64,000 nt of DNA from positions 17,754-81,753 of the forward strand of contig CAZOVH010000001.1 of the NCBI GenBank assembly GCA_964583675.1, read 5' to 3'. This DNA is from an uncultured Candidatus Saccharibacteria bacterium (lineage in GTDB: Bacteria > Patescibacteriota > Saccharimonadia > CAILAD01 > GCA-016700035). How positions within the stretch are numbered: the stretch's first letter is position 1; every line of letters starts with the position of its first letter. The notes beneath the pieces are model-generated. The model had not been told where the DNA came from. It saw only the letters and a program-made list of their open reading frames with translations, and ran no database searches. Below, in pieces: positions 29,382 through 39,680 of this stretch. The position numbers and the translations under genes were made by a program.

Positions 29382-29444
29382 GGTTCTCTCCTTTGGCTAG
29401 AAGAAACTGGATATTTTACAATAAAACTAGAATTTTTTCAATAC

Positions 29445-30005
29445 TTATTTAACGCGCTCTAAGTATGCGCCGTTGCGGGTATCAACTTTTACCATATCAC
29501 CGGCCTTAATAAACAGTGGGGCTTGTACTTCAATGCCAGTTTCGAGCTTCACGGCTTTAGTAGCGCCAGCAGCTGAGTTCCCTTTGTCGGAGCCAGGAGC
29601 CTCCACAACCTTCAGCGGGACATTCTTTGGCCACTCAAACCCAATTACCTGCCCGTGAAAGAGATAGCCCTCAATCTCTCCACCTTCCAAAATATACTTA
29701 GGCAGATCTTCATCAACGCTTTTTGCTACCTCATAGGTTTCGTAACTTTCAAGATCCATGAGGCTATGGATATCGCCCTGTGTATAGAGATATTGCAGCT
29801 TTTGACGCTGTACATCAGCAGGCTTCACCCGTTCATCGTTGCGGAACGTACGGTCAATCACACCACCGGTAATGAGGTTTTTGAGTTTTGTGTTCACAAT
29901 TGAACCACCCCGCCCCATCTGCTTTTGCGCATAATCAACAACCTTATACGGCGCACCTTCTATCTCGACAAGTGTTTCTTTTCTTAAGTCTGTTGGTCCG
30001 TACAT
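29445..30005 (-). CDS. efp: Elongation factor P
   Basis: 186 aa. KOW-like N-terminus (LVEIEGAPYKVVDYAQKQMGRGGSIVNTKLKNLITG) and typical EF-P length. Confidence 0.85.
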   Translation of the reverse strand: MYGPTDLRKETLVEIEGAPYKVVDYAQKQMGRGGSIVNTKLKNLITGGVIDRTFRNDERVKPADVQRQKLQYLYTQGDIHSLMDLESYETYEVAKSVDEDLPKYILEGGEIEGYLFHGQVIGFEWPKNVPLKVVEAPGSDKGNSAAGATKAVKLETGIEVQAPLFIKAGDMVKVDTRNGAYLERVK

Positions 30006-30176
30006 ATTCTTTTGTCCTCTTTTTCCTTCTAGATGTTACATTGCTCTAGAAGGCACGTTTCGCTCGGATGAGCCGCCAGAAGCAACTGAGGAGCACAGCG
30101 AAATGTACTAAAACGTACATAGGGTGCGCACCGCAAGTTTGCGACGTAGCGGCTCGCCGAGATAACGTGCCGTAAG

Positions 30177-30389
30177 TTACTTAACTACGAATGGTAAGAG
30201 CGCCATATGTCGCGCACGCTTCAAAGCCTTTGCGAGCATACGCTGGTGCTTCATCGAAGCACCGGTGCGCTTACGGTTTTCAATCTTTCCTACACTAGAA
30301 ACGTAGCGCTGCAAAAACTTTACGTCTTTGTAGTCAATAACTGCTACTTGTTCTGCGTAAAAACGATTTTGTTTACGAAATTCTGCCAT
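30177..30389 (-). CDS. rpsR: 30S ribosomal protein S18
   Basis: 70 aa. Sequence ([48 protein letters not shown]) matches S18. Sits in the conserved rpsF-ssb-rpsR arrangement. Confidence 0.9.
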   Translation of the reverse strand: MAEFRKQNRFYAEQVAVIDYKDVKFLQRYVSSVGKIENRKRTGASMKHQRMLAKALKRARHMALLPFVVK

Positions 30390-30398
30390 GTTTTCTCC

Positions 30399-30839
30399 TT
30401 AAAATGGGATGTCATCAAGATTAATGTCGTCACCAGGCATCTCCTGAATTTCAGGGTCATCAGATTTTTTTGCTGAAGATGCTGCTGGGGCTCCACCCTC
30501 TCCCGGGCCAGCACTGAGGAAGTTAATGTCAGTCGCAACAATTTCTGTGCGCTGCTTCTTTACTCCATCAGCTTCCCAAGAGCGTGTTTGCAAGCGGCCA
30601 ACCACCAAAACCTTACGGCCTTTTGAGAGGTAGTTAGAAACCAGCTCGCCCAACTTACCCCAAGCAACAACATCATGAAACTCAACGGCGTCTTTTTTGT
30701 CTCCACTCTGTGGATCCTGCCAACTACGATTCGTTGCAACTGCAAAGCTCGCTACCGACTGACCCGATGGAGTCTGTCGAAGTTCTGGGTCACGCGTGAG
30801 GTTGCCCATGATAATCGCTTGGTTAAAATCTTTTGCCAT
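30399..30839 (-). CDS. ssb: Single-stranded DNA-binding protein
   Basis: 146 aa. OB-fold N-terminus (AIIMGNLTRDPELRQTPSG), a Gly-rich linker, and an acidic C-terminal tip ending DDIPF. Confidence 0.9.
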   Translation of the reverse strand: MAKDFNQAIIMGNLTRDPELRQTPSGQSVASFAVATNRSWQDPQSGDKKDAVEFHDVVAWGKLGELVSNYLSKGRKVLVVGRLQTRSWEADGVKKQRTEIVATDINFLSAGPGEGGAPAASSAKKSDDPEIQEMPGDDINLDDIPF

Positions 30840-30862
30840 CCCTATCTCCTTAACGCTTAAAT

Positions 30863-31219
30863 TTATTCAGTCTCTGGTTTTTCTACTGGCTTTTTGGTGC
30901 TATTTTTTGCGCCCTTATTTACTGGACGAACGTCTTCAAGAGACACCACGATATAACGAATTACTTCTGAAGTAATGCGCAAAGTGCTATCTAGCTCCTG
31001 AACTTTAGCAGGATCAAGAGTAACCTGGAAAAATACGTAGATTCCCCAGTCCTGTTTTTTAATGCGGTAAGCGAGCTTGCGCTTGCCCCAGTTATCTTTA
31101 TTATCAATTTTTCCGCCAAGGCCGGTAATAATTCCTTCAACCTTACTGACGGCTCGATCGAGATCAATCTCGAGATCGGGGTGTAGAATAACACCTACTT
31201 CGTATTGTCGCATAGACAT
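30863..31219 (-). CDS. rpsF: 30S ribosomal protein S6
   Basis: 118 aa. N-terminus MRQYEVGVILHPDLE is typical of S6. It is the first gene of the rpsF-ssb-rpsR operon. Confidence 0.85.
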   Translation of the reverse strand: MSMRQYEVGVILHPDLEIDLDRAVSKVEGIITGLGGKIDNKDNWGKRKLAYRIKKQDWGIYVFFQVTLDPAKVQELDSTLRITSEVIRYIVVSLEDVRPVNKGAKNSTKKPVEKPETE

Positions 31220-31362
31220 CCTTTCTTTGGTTCACCCGAACTTGCGGGGTTCGCTGACGTTGGAGGCGCATACGCGGCCTTGTGCGTCAACAAAAAGGTT
31301 ATTTGTTGTAAACACCGTAATTCTACCGAAAATACCAGAATAAATCAAGGGTTAGGCGTATA

Positions 31363-31911
31363 ATGCAAGTGATGAAAAAACAATCACTCGGCCAGCAAAT
31401 TCTTCTCTCCCAACTAAAGGGCATGATCATCTTTGACCGACAAGACTTACGTCCCTTAGGCTTAATCGAAAGTGTGGTGTTTAGAAGTAAAAATCTCCAA
31501 GTAGCCTTTCTGCAATGCTTGTCGGGCGGTAGCACAAATTACGTACGCGCAGATCAGACGGCGGTGGTAAAAAATCTCCTCACAATACCAGGCGCTGAAT
31601 GCTTTGGAGAAAAAGAAGACTTTATACGCGAAAAAGCTACATTTGTGCAAAACTGCCGCCTACTCGACTACAAAGTACACGATACAGGCGGCAAAAAACT
31701 TGGCAATATCGAGGATTGCAGCATCAAGCTCCCCCTTATGATTGCAGACCGACTATATATAAGACGCCCTCTATTAAAAAGCTTTCATCAAGGTTCGTTG
31801 ATTCTCCCGACTTCCGCGATACAAGACGTCCATCCAGATAAAAAGCTACTGATTGTGCAATCTGAGGTAGGTGCCTCCAGAAAGGCTGCCATTAAACCTC
31901 TCACAGCATAG
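31363..31911 (+). CDS. Hypothetical protein, possibly two PRC-barrel-like repeats
   Basis: 182 aa. The segment LLDYKVHDTGGKKLGNIEDCSIKLPLMIADRLYI and an earlier similar segment resemble the PRC-barrel pattern (L.G..V.D..G.KLG.V.D). The start is uncertain because TATAAT abuts the annotated ATG. Confidence 0.35.
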   Translation: MQVMKKQSLGQQILLSQLKGMIIFDRQDLRPLGLIESVVFRSKNLQVAFLQCLSGGSTNYVRADQTAVVKNLLTIPGAECFGEKEDFIREKATFVQNCRLLDYKVHDTGGKKLGNIEDCSIKLPLMIADRLYIRRPLLKSFHQGSLILPTSAIQDVHPDKKLLIVQSEVGASRKAAIKPLTA

Positions 31912-32088
31912 CAACTAGCATGTTCGGTAAATTTTTGCTTGCGCTCATCCTATCAGAAGACTAGCATAAGAAGTACTAAAGAGGGTTAAGATTTTGCTCA
32001 TCGTTGCTGGCCTTTGGGTACTCGCTATCGCAATTTGCATTCGTGCTGTTCTCGTTTCTCGATAAATCCTTGACGATATTTGTGAGTT

Positions 32089-32682
32089 CTAAGACGAATA
32101 TTCACTATCTAAGTGGGTCTTTACCTGTGAATAAGTGAATCCTCTACCTACCAAATAACGCATCATGTGTTCGCGATCGTATGTTCGATGGCGATTTTTC
32201 TTTCCAATGAGCTCCTGTATTGTAGAATCCACTCCCTCATCGCTCACTACTTCACGAATAGTATCTTTTGTAATACCTTTTCTTAAGAGCTCTCCTTCAA
32301 TCGCACGTGGAGACTTAAGCATGTCTCGACGCATATCAGCCCAACGCCTGGCAAAATCTTCGTCATTCAAGTATCCCTCTTCGGTAAGCCGAAGCACAAT
32401 ATCATCTATCGAGGCATCAAAGCCCTTTCGTCTTAAATAGTCGCGCATTTCTCTGGTGGAACGAATACGTAAAGCGAGATATCGTATTGCCGCATTATAT
32501 GCCTTGCTGGCTTCGGCCTCCGTGCGCAGCTGCTGCAACTGCTCAACACTAAGTTCCTGTCCTTTACGTAGCCGCCATGAAGCCACCTGGTTGAGACTTA
32601 AGCCGCACCAGAATTCTTCATCCACATACAGATTTATGAATTCACCTTTTTTCTGGCTTGCAAGCTTGGTTACGATTGGCAC
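32089..32682 (-). CDS. recX: Regulatory protein RecX
   Basis: 197 aa predicted all-helical protein immediately downstream of recA in the same orientation. Repeated RR..L..KG motifs fit RecX three-helix repeats. Confidence 0.65.
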   Translation of the reverse strand: MPIVTKLASQKKGEFINLYVDEEFWCGLSLNQVASWRLRKGQELSVEQLQQLRTEAEASKAYNAAIRYLALRIRSTREMRDYLRRKGFDASIDDIVLRLTEEGYLNDEDFARRWADMRRDMLKSPRAIEGELLRKGITKDTIREVVSDEGVDSTIQELIGKKNRHRTYDREHMMRYLVGRGFTYSQVKTHLDSEYSS

Positions 32683-32711
32683 CGCTCAACCTCCATTTTG
32701 AGAGCTAGAGG

Positions 32712-33797
32712 TTATTTCTCCTCTTCTTGCTTAGCTTCCTGACCGCCGCCAGCTGCTCGCTCACGAATTTTTGCATCGAGCTCGTCCATTACTTCTGGGT
32801 GAGCTTTCAAAAACTGCTTAGCAGCTTCTCGGCCCTGACCAATTTTATCTTCCTTGTATGAGAACCATGCCCCAGCCTTCTTAACAAGCTCATATTTCAC
32901 AGCCAAATCTATCAGATCCCCCGGTCGCGAGATACCCTCATTAAACATAATGTCGAACTCCGCGATTTTGAATGGTGCCGCAATTTTATTCTTCACCACT
33001 TTTACCTTCACGTGATTACCTACGCTCTGATCACCTTCCTTAAGCTGCTCGGTACGACGGATATCTAGACGTACAGATGAGTAATATTTCAATGCATTAC
33101 CGCCAGCAGTAACTTCTGGGTTGCCAAACATCACACCAATCTTCATGCGCAGCTGGTTAATAAAGATAACCGAACACTTTGTTTTACTGACAATTCCTGT
33201 AAGTTTTCGCAACGCCTGGCTCATAAGACGGGCTTGCAGGCCCATGTGCGCATCACCCATCTCGCCCTCAATTTCTGCACGTGGCACCAGGGCTGCCACA
33301 GAGTCCACAATTACCGTATCCACAGCTCCCGAGCGGACTAGTGTCTCAGTGATTTCGAGTGCCTGCTCACCCGTATCTGGCTGCGAAATTAAAAGATCAT
33401 TAAGATTCACGCCAATCTTAGCTGCATACTCAGGGTCCAAGGCGTGCTCAGCATCAACAAACGCAGCAAGTCCACCTCGCTTTTGTACTTCGGCCACTGC
33501 ATGCAGTGCCAAAGTTGTCTTACCGCTCGACTCCGGACCATAAATTTCTATAATGCGCCCCTTAGGAAAGCCCCCACCTAAAGCCAAATCTAACGCTAAG
33601 CTGCCGGTTGGGATGGTCTCAACATGAGCCTTCATCCCCTCACCTAATTTCATAATTGAACCGGCACCAAACTGTCGCTCGATTTGCTCTACCGCCAATT
33701 CAACTGCCTTCAAACGAGCACTCCGCTCCGACGCCGACTGTTTTGATGAATCCTTCACTGCTACTCCTTTATCTGACTTCGTTGTTGTGGCTGGCAT
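32712..33797 (-). CDS. recA: Recombinase RecA
   Basis: 361 aa. [32 protein letters not shown] (Walker A) and the L1/L2 loop regions are present. Confidence 0.95.
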   Translation of the reverse strand: MPATTTKSDKGVAVKDSSKQSASERSARLKAVELAVEQIERQFGAGSIMKLGEGMKAHVETIPTGSLALDLALGGGFPKGRIIEIYGPESSGKTTLALHAVAEVQKRGGLAAFVDAEHALDPEYAAKIGVNLNDLLISQPDTGEQALEITETLVRSGAVDTVIVDSVAALVPRAEIEGEMGDAHMGLQARLMSQALRKLTGIVSKTKCSVIFINQLRMKIGVMFGNPEVTAGGNALKYYSSVRLDIRRTEQLKEGDQSVGNHVKVKVVKNKIAAPFKIAEFDIMFNEGISRPGDLIDLAVKYELVKKAGAWFSYKEDKIGQGREAAKQFLKAHPEVMDELDAKIRERAAGGGQEAKQEEEK

Positions 33798-33904
33798 TAC
33801 AGCTCTCCTCCTATCTTATATACTCGTGTTCTGCAATCATAGTACCGAACATAATACGTACAGGTCAAGAGGTTTTTGTAATTCTTTTCGGTTTTTCTTC
33901 TTAC

Positions 33905-34402
33905 CTATCTGAAATTTTCAAAGCTCACAGCAAATGGCAACTCTTCGCCGCGCAACGTTTGCATAACTGCCTGCAGTTCGTCCCGGCTAGCACTTACCAC
34001 TCGAATTGCGTCCCCCTGAATCGAACTCTTCACCTTAGGATGCTTCTCGCGAATAATCTTCGAAACCTGTTTAGCTTTTTCCTGATCAAGCCCCTGCTTT
34101 AGTGTAAGCGTCCATTTATAATCCATACCGCTCTGGGTGATTTCCTGACTACTATCAAGAAATTTAAGATCCACCGACCGGCGAACAAATTTTGACTCAA
34201 TCACGTCTTTCATGGCCTTAAGTTTAAGCTCCGAATTTGACTTCAGTCGCAGCTCTGACTTATCTCGGTCAAACTCTATCTCGGAGCCCGTACCCTGAAA
34301 ATCATAGCGAGTAGAAAGCTCTCGTTTCACCTGATCAACAATATTAATCATATCAGCCACATCATATTTACTTACCACATCCAGTGATGCATCTTTTGCC
34401 AT
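33905..34402 (-). CDS. yajQ: YajQ family nucleotide-binding protein (UPF0234)
   Basis: 165 aa. The N-terminus MAKDASLDVVSKYDVADMINIVDQVKRELSTRYDFQG matches the YajQ consensus (SFDIVSEVD..E..NAvdQA.RE...RyDFrG). Confidence 0.75.
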   Translation of the reverse strand: MAKDASLDVVSKYDVADMINIVDQVKRELSTRYDFQGTGSEIEFDRDKSELRLKSNSELKLKAMKDVIESKFVRRSVDLKFLDSSQEITQSGMDYKWTLTLKQGLDQEKAKQVSKIIREKHPKVKSSIQGDAIRVVSASRDELQAVMQTLRGEELPFAVSFENFR

Positions 34403-34411
34403 AGTCTCCTC

Positions 34412-35437
34412 CTACTTTGTGTCGCGACGTAATTCTATACCGCGTTTTACTTCGCCAGGCGCACCCAGCAAACCCAAGTCCTTATTCTGCACCACTGCGT
34501 TGGTGAGCACAACCCGTGTGACCCCAGCATTACCCGTAGCAAGTGTCAGCACGTCCGCCGCCGAAAAAGTTTGCGAGGTACCAGCAAGCATTGTGCCCCG
34601 AAAAATCTCCTTACCATCCGCCTCCACGACAAGCCACGTAGCTGCATCTGTCATAGTAACAGCTGCCTGCACCGTGCCAGCCTCAGCCGTTGGCGAAGGA
34701 CTAAGTGCCGGTGCAGCGGCAGGTGTCGGTGTTGGCGTCGCTTCTTGCAGGGTTGCGGTAATAATATAAGTTTCAGTCACACTCTTACCTAAGCGATTCG
34801 TGGCAGTCAGCTTTATTTCATTCCGACCGTCTGTTAAAGCAATACGCTCTCGAAATGTTCCATCTGCCGCCACAAGCACCGGCGAGTCATTAATCGTAAG
34901 ATCCGCTCCACCTTCAACTTTGCCCGAGACATAGCCAAAATTCGTCGACACACTTCGAGCCTCATCTTGTGAAACCGCTAGCTTCGGAGGAGCTGAAAGT
35001 ACAATTACCTGCCACACAATGTAGCCAACCACCAACGCTACTACAGCTGCAACAGACAAAAGCGCAAACGTTTTTGGCGTCACCACCATGCGGGTCGATT
35101 TAATCGGTTTCACACCAAGCTGCACATCACGACCGCGCTGGCTTTGACGCTTCATTTCTCGAGCACCGGCACGCTCTTGTTCGTACAACTTAATAATCGG
35201 CTTGGTTTCAAGCCCTAAGAAATCAGCGTAATTTTTTACATAGCCCTTTGTGTAGACATCGTCTTTTAGGACATCATATTCGCTTGCTTCTAGAGCCTCG
35301 ATATACCGTGCACGAATACGTGTCGCCTGCTCAGCCTCAGAGATGGATATGTCTAAGCTTTCGCGGCGGCGCTTCAGGATTGAAGCGAGGGTTTGCACTT
35401 TAGACTTAGTGGTTTTGGGGCGAGCTTGTTCATTCAT
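34412..35437 (-). CDS. RodZ-like cytoskeleton protein (HTH-XRE N-terminus, TM, C-terminal DUF4115-like domain)
   Basis: 341 aa. N-terminal HTH (LASILKRRRESLDISISEAEQATRIRARYIEALE), a single TM (FALLSVAAVVALVVGYIVW), a Pro/Ala/Thr linker, and a C-terminal beta domain. Confidence 0.55.
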   Translation of the reverse strand: MNEQARPKTTKSKVQTLASILKRRRESLDISISEAEQATRIRARYIEALEASEYDVLKDDVYTKGYVKNYADFLGLETKPIIKLYEQERAGAREMKRQSQRGRDVQLGVKPIKSTRMVVTPKTFALLSVAAVVALVVGYIVWQVIVLSAPPKLAVSQDEARSVSTNFGYVSGKVEGGADLTINDSPVLVAADGTFRERIALTDGRNEIKLTATNRLGKSVTETYIITATLQEATPTPTPAAAPALSPSPTAEAGTVQAAVTMTDAATWLVVEADGKEIFRGTMLAGTSQTFSAADVLTLATGNAGVTRVVLTNAVVQNKDLGLLGAPGEVKRGIELRRDTK

Positions 35438-37601
35438 CCGCGCTCACGTTCTCCCCTGAGTTTTCCTGAAAACCACTGTCAGCAGCTGGGCCGGTATCAA
35501 TAGACGACATCAATACAGCGCGCGGCTTCGCACCATCTGCCGGACCAATTACGCCATTCTCTTCAAGCATATCCATTAACCGAGCAGCACGTGAGTAGCC
35601 AACCTTAAAACGTCGCTGTAAGAGCGAAGCTGATGCCTTGCCGCTCTGCACGACAAAAGCCACAACCTCATCGTATAGATCATCATCACCAGATCCACCG
35701 TCACCAGAGGTCATCACACCACGGGCACCAATTTTAACCGCTTGTGCCAGTACTTCCTCGTTATATTGTGGCGCACGTTCATCACGCAAGAATTGCATTA
35801 CTGCCGATACTTCCTCACCCGTAATAAGCACACCTTGGGCGCGTTTTGGCTTCATAAATTCTGGTGAAGAAAAGAGCATATCGCCTTTTCCAAGGAGCTT
35901 TTCGGCACCACTCTGATCTAAAATGGTACGACTATCAATCTGGCTAGCCGTTGTAAGCGCCACACGAGCTGGTAAGTTAGCCTTAATAAGACCAGTCACC
36001 ACTCCAACACTCGGACGCTGCGTAGCAAGTACAAGGTGAATGCCAACCGCACGCGCCATCTGAGCAATTCGTACAATCAAGGTCTCAACATCCTTGCCGG
36101 CCACCACCATGAGGTCGGCGAACTCATCCAAGACGATTACGATGTATGGCATACCATCGACGCCTTTTTGCTGGTTATACTCACCAATATCGCGCTTACC
36201 ATGGTCGGCCAGCAAATTAAGCCGGCGCTCCATCTCGGCAACTGCCCACTTCATGGCACTAATTGCCTTCTCATGATCAGTAATCACCGGCGTTAAGAGA
36301 TGCGGAATATCATTATATGGAGTAAGTTCCACGCGCTTTGGGTCTACCAATATGAGTCGCAACTGAGCTGGTGAATTACGGTATAAGAAAGAAGTCAGCA
36401 TGGTGTTAATCATCACCGACTTACCGGCTTTGGTGGCTCCCGCTACCAAAAGGTGTGGCATGCTCGCCAAATCTCCAGTTAAAATGTCGCCAGCCACATC
36501 GCGCCCCAGTACAAATTCCAAGCGGCTCGGCTTGGTTTGCATTTCCTTGCTTTCCAGAATATCGCGCAAGCGAACTTGAGCGCTCTTCTCGTTTGGCACT
36601 TCAATACCTACAAGATCTGTTCCCGCAATTGGTGCTTCAATACGAATATGCGGAGCTTTCAGGGCCAAAGCTAAGTTTCGGTCTAAGGCCGTAATTTTAT
36701 TGAGCTTCACTCCGGTTGATGGCTTTAATGTGTATTGTGCTACGGTTGGGCCAACATTAACCCCAACCATTGCTACTTCGATACCAAAATCCTGGAAAGT
36801 TTTCTGGATAATATTGGCTTTCTCTTTTTCATTACCAGCATCGGCTTTTGTGGACATCCCCTTTAAGAGATCGAGCGGTGGATATTTCCAATCCTTATCA
36901 AGGGTGGCAGTCATGGCGGCCTTCGGACCAGGCTTAGCCTTAGGCTCTTCTTCACCAACCGTGCCGCGGAAAGGCAGCTTATTATTCACCGCAAAACCTG
37001 GCTGCTTAACCTCCAACTTATTCTCGTCTGCTTTCTTCTCGCGACCAAAAAGCTTGCGGGCCAAGTCGGCAAGACGCACACCAGTAGCAATTACAATCAC
37101 AACCAATTCGACAAGCACCAAGAGGAAGATGGCCAACGGGGTTGTCAAAAGTGGATGCAAGATCATCCACAGAGCGTAGCCGATAAAACCACCCTGATTT
37201 GGCAGCTCACTTAAGGTGGTGCCCTCACCTGCTAAAGAAAACTGCAAAATACCAGCCAGTACAATAAAGAAAGCAATTAGGCCGAAGTAATTCTGCCCTT
37301 TGAGCTCAAACCGTTTGGGTAAAAAGAGCAAAATAGCCAAGCCAAAAAACGCTGCAGGAACTAAGTATGCAGCTTGTCCGATAAGGCTCTTTACAGCTTG
37401 CATAAATGACGTGCCGAGCGAACCGGCGCCACCAAAAAACGCCACAATAAGCAGTACGCCCAACCCTATTAAAACGATTGCGGCAATATCTTGTTTTGCA
37501 GCCTTAGATAGAAGTGGCTTCTTTTCAACAACTTCTTGTTTTTTGCGAGTATTTGGTCGGGCTGACTTTTTACGTCCGCCTTTTTTTGAACCGGTTGCCA
37601 T
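35430..37601 (-). CDS. ftsK: DNA translocase FtsK/SpoIIIE
   Basis: 723 aa. Four N-terminal TM helices, a motor domain with Walker A (GATKAGKSVMINTML), and a C-terminal gamma winged-helix (ASLLQRRFKVGYSRAARLMDMLEENGVIGP). Confidence 0.9.
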   Translation of the reverse strand: MATGSKKGGRKKSARPNTRKKQEVVEKKPLLSKAAKQDIAAIVLIGLGVLLIVAFFGGAGSLGTSFMQAVKSLIGQAAYLVPAAFFGLAILLFLPKRFELKGQNYFGLIAFFIVLAGILQFSLAGEGTTLSELPNQGGFIGYALWMILHPLLTTPLAIFLLVLVELVVIVIATGVRLADLARKLFGREKKADENKLEVKQPGFAVNNKLPFRGTVGEEEPKAKPGPKAAMTATLDKDWKYPPLDLLKGMSTKADAGNEKEKANIIQKTFQDFGIEVAMVGVNVGPTVAQYTLKPSTGVKLNKITALDRNLALALKAPHIRIEAPIAGTDLVGIEVPNEKSAQVRLRDILESKEMQTKPSRLEFVLGRDVAGDILTGDLASMPHLLVAGATKAGKSVMINTMLTSFLYRNSPAQLRLILVDPKRVELTPYNDIPHLLTPVITDHEKAISAMKWAVAEMERRLNLLADHGKRDIGEYNQQKGVDGMPYIVIVLDEFADLMVVAGKDVETLIVRIAQMARAVGIHLVLATQRPSVGVVTGLIKANLPARVALTTASQIDSRTILDQSGAEKLLGKGDMLFSSPEFMKPKRAQGVLITGEEVSAVMQFLRDERAPQYNEEVLAQAVKIGARGVMTSGDGGSGDDDLYDEVVAFVVQSGKASASLLQRRFKVGYSRAARLMDMLEENGVIGPADGAKPRAVLMSSIDTGPAADSGFQENSGENVSADE

Positions 37602-37826
37602 ATCTTTTTATTATGCCTCGCTTTAGCACTAAACGCCAGATAGTTTATAGAGAAAAACACGAGAGTTCTCTAGCGCATTTCTCACCCTCTCGTCTGCATC
37701 TATTATAGCATAGTCGGACAATAAAATAAAGAGTTGTCAAATATAGCCCTAAAGATACTTATGCTTGGAGAATCAGCTCCCTATGCCGTACAGTAAAACT
37801 GCAAACGTACCTCGACGAGAAGAAAG

Positions 37827-38495
37827 TTGTGCATCGTGACAGAACGTGTGATTATCGCCATCGACGGTCCGGCCGGCAGTGGCAAATCCACCGCTGCGCG
37901 CTTGCTCGCCGAAGCACTTGGATACGTCGCCCTCGATTCGGGTAGCGTATACCGCATCATCACCATCGCCATGCTCCGACAAGGCATGGTTCCTGGAGAA
38001 CCGTTCGCAAATTGGTTCACGAGCCTAGGTAAGGACGTTGTCACCCTGACAGACGGTCATGCCACTCACCTGTTTGGCCGAGGAGTGAGCGAGGAAGAGC
38101 TCAAGGCCCCGGAAGTGCAAGCCTGTGTGTCGCAGGTCAGCGAACACCCCGGCATACGTAACTTCGTCAACACCAAGCTGCGCGAACACGCCGAGCAATG
38201 CGCTAGCGGAATCGTCTGTGACGGCCGTGACGCCGGAACAGTAATTTTCCCAGATGCAGATGTCAAGATCTACCTAACCGCACGCCTAATCATTCGCGCA
38301 CGAAGGATCGGCCTTCCCCAGTCTGCAGTACAGGCAAGGGATGAAAATGATCACAAGAAGGCTTTTGGACCATTGCCACACTGGCAGGAGGCAAAGCAAC
38401 TTGGCTACAAGATCGTTCAAACAGATGCCAAAGAGCCGAGTGTGGTTGTGGCTGTGATGTGTCGACACGTCGAACGTACCCTCTCCCAGCTGTAG
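37827..38495 (+). CDS. cmk: Cytidylate kinase
   Basis: 222 aa. P-loop IAIDGPAGSGKSTAARLLAEALGYVALDSGSVYR and the CMP-binding region are present. Confidence 0.85.
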   Translation: MCIVTERVIIAIDGPAGSGKSTAARLLAEALGYVALDSGSVYRIITIAMLRQGMVPGEPFANWFTSLGKDVVTLTDGHATHLFGRGVSEEELKAPEVQACVSQVSEHPGIRNFVNTKLREHAEQCASGIVCDGRDAGTVIFPDADVKIYLTARLIIRARRIGLPQSAVQARDENDHKKAFGPLPHWQEAKQLGYKIVQTDAKEPSVVVAVMCRHVERTLSQL

Positions 38496-38504
38496 AGCTG
38501 GGAG

Positions 38505-39680
38505 TTATTTTTTTACATCATATAGGCTAATGCCAATTCCAGATTGAGTCATGCGTGAGATAAAGTCATGAAATACCTGTTGATGTTCTCCACCAGCGTT
38601 TATGTACGACCAATCCGTCGCCTCTGCAACCTTTGATTTATCTTCGGCAAATATATTCACCCACACACTATAGCCTGCCTCTTGAGCACGCATAACCTCA
38701 TTAACAATACCAAAGCTAACATCTTTGCGTTTTGCCGCGGATATTGTCACGCGTTTTTCATCGTCTTGCGCATATTTTGTGACATACGTACCGGTATTAA
38801 ACCAGATCTCTTTTACCTGCAACTTACGGGCAGCTTCGATTGCTAATTGATGATTAAGAAACTCTCGAGCATCAAATATACCGTTACCTTCACGAGTAGC
38901 CGGAGGAGACCACGGAAAACCCTGTAAACCGAAGCTGTCTACCAAGTTTGGTTTTATGTCAGATACATAAGGCAACAAACTAGCATAATCACCTCTCTCC
39001 CAGTCAAAGTCATCGCTTTCATAAGTGGCGGAGTTCAACAAAATACTAGCTTTAGCCTTAGGAAACTGTGCTTTGTATACCTCTAGATAACGGTTAACAA
39101 TCTGAGCAAAATCTTTCGGAGTGGCGTTCTTGCGATTCCAATAAGGTAAATTCGCTTCAGGAAATGGTACCCATATTCCCATCATTTCGTCGGTCATTCC
39201 AGTTTGCTTCATCTCGGCAAAATATGCGTTTATCCACTGATCGTAAAAGCCCGTATTAAATTCAGTAAAATCGATAAGACCCCACTCTGTAGTTGGCTCA
39301 ACAATAACCAATGGTGTAACCCCGGCCTCATTCATTGTCTTTAATTCGGGCACAAGCTGTCGAGCTAAAGATTTTGCATTTTCTTGGCTATTCGGCATTG
39401 AAGTAAAAATCATATACTTATCGGCAACCTTGCTGGAACATAAGGTCTGATACTCATTCAGCTTCTGAACATACTTGCTGCCACTTTCTAAGTTTTTAGC
39501 TACATCAGGACGACATTGTCCTCCTATCGCAGTAAGCTCAGCCGTAGAGCTATTCCCTCGAAATATTTGCCCCAAATTCAATTGTCGTAGATTCACAAAT
39601 TGACTAAATGCCAAAAAGCCTGCCACTAAAGCGGTTACCAAGAAATAAGTTGTATAACGGAAAATCTGCCTCTTATTCAT
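38505..39680 (-). CDS. Membrane-anchored extracytoplasmic protein, putative glycoside-hydrolase-like component of an exopolysaccharide locus
   Basis: 391 aa. N-terminal signal-anchor (YFLVTALVAGFLAFSQF). The start overlaps the GT2 stop. Alternating hydrophobic/acidic beta-alpha pattern suggests a TIM-barrel-like hydrolase. No CE4 deacetylase motifs were seen. Confidence 0.35.
   Translation of the reverse strand: MNKRQIFRYTTYFLVTALVAGFLAFSQFVNLRQLNLGQIFRGNSSTAELTAIGGQCRPDVAKNLESGSKYVQKLNEYQTLCSSKVADKYMIFTSMPNSQENAKSLARQLVPELKTMNEAGVTPLVIVEPTTEWGLIDFTEFNTGFYDQWINAYFAEMKQTGMTDEMMGIWVPFPEANLPYWNRKNATPKDFAQIVNRYLEVYKAQFPKAKASILLNSATYESDDFDWERGDYASLLPYVSDIKPNLVDSFGLQGFPWSPPATREGNGIFDAREFLNHQLAIEAARKLQVKEIWFNTGTYVTKYAQDDEKRVTISAAKRKDVSFGIVNEVMRAQEAGYSVWVNIFAEDKSKVAEATDWSYINAGGEHQQVFHDFISRMTQSGIGISLYDVKK

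Noticed and set aside
38505-39680. Polysaccharide deacetylase (IcaB/PgaB CE4) assignment for the 391-aa protein next to the GT2
   Set aside because: The CE4 signature motifs (TFDDG, H-x-x-x-H) were not found. Only a generic hydrolase-like fold suggestion remains.
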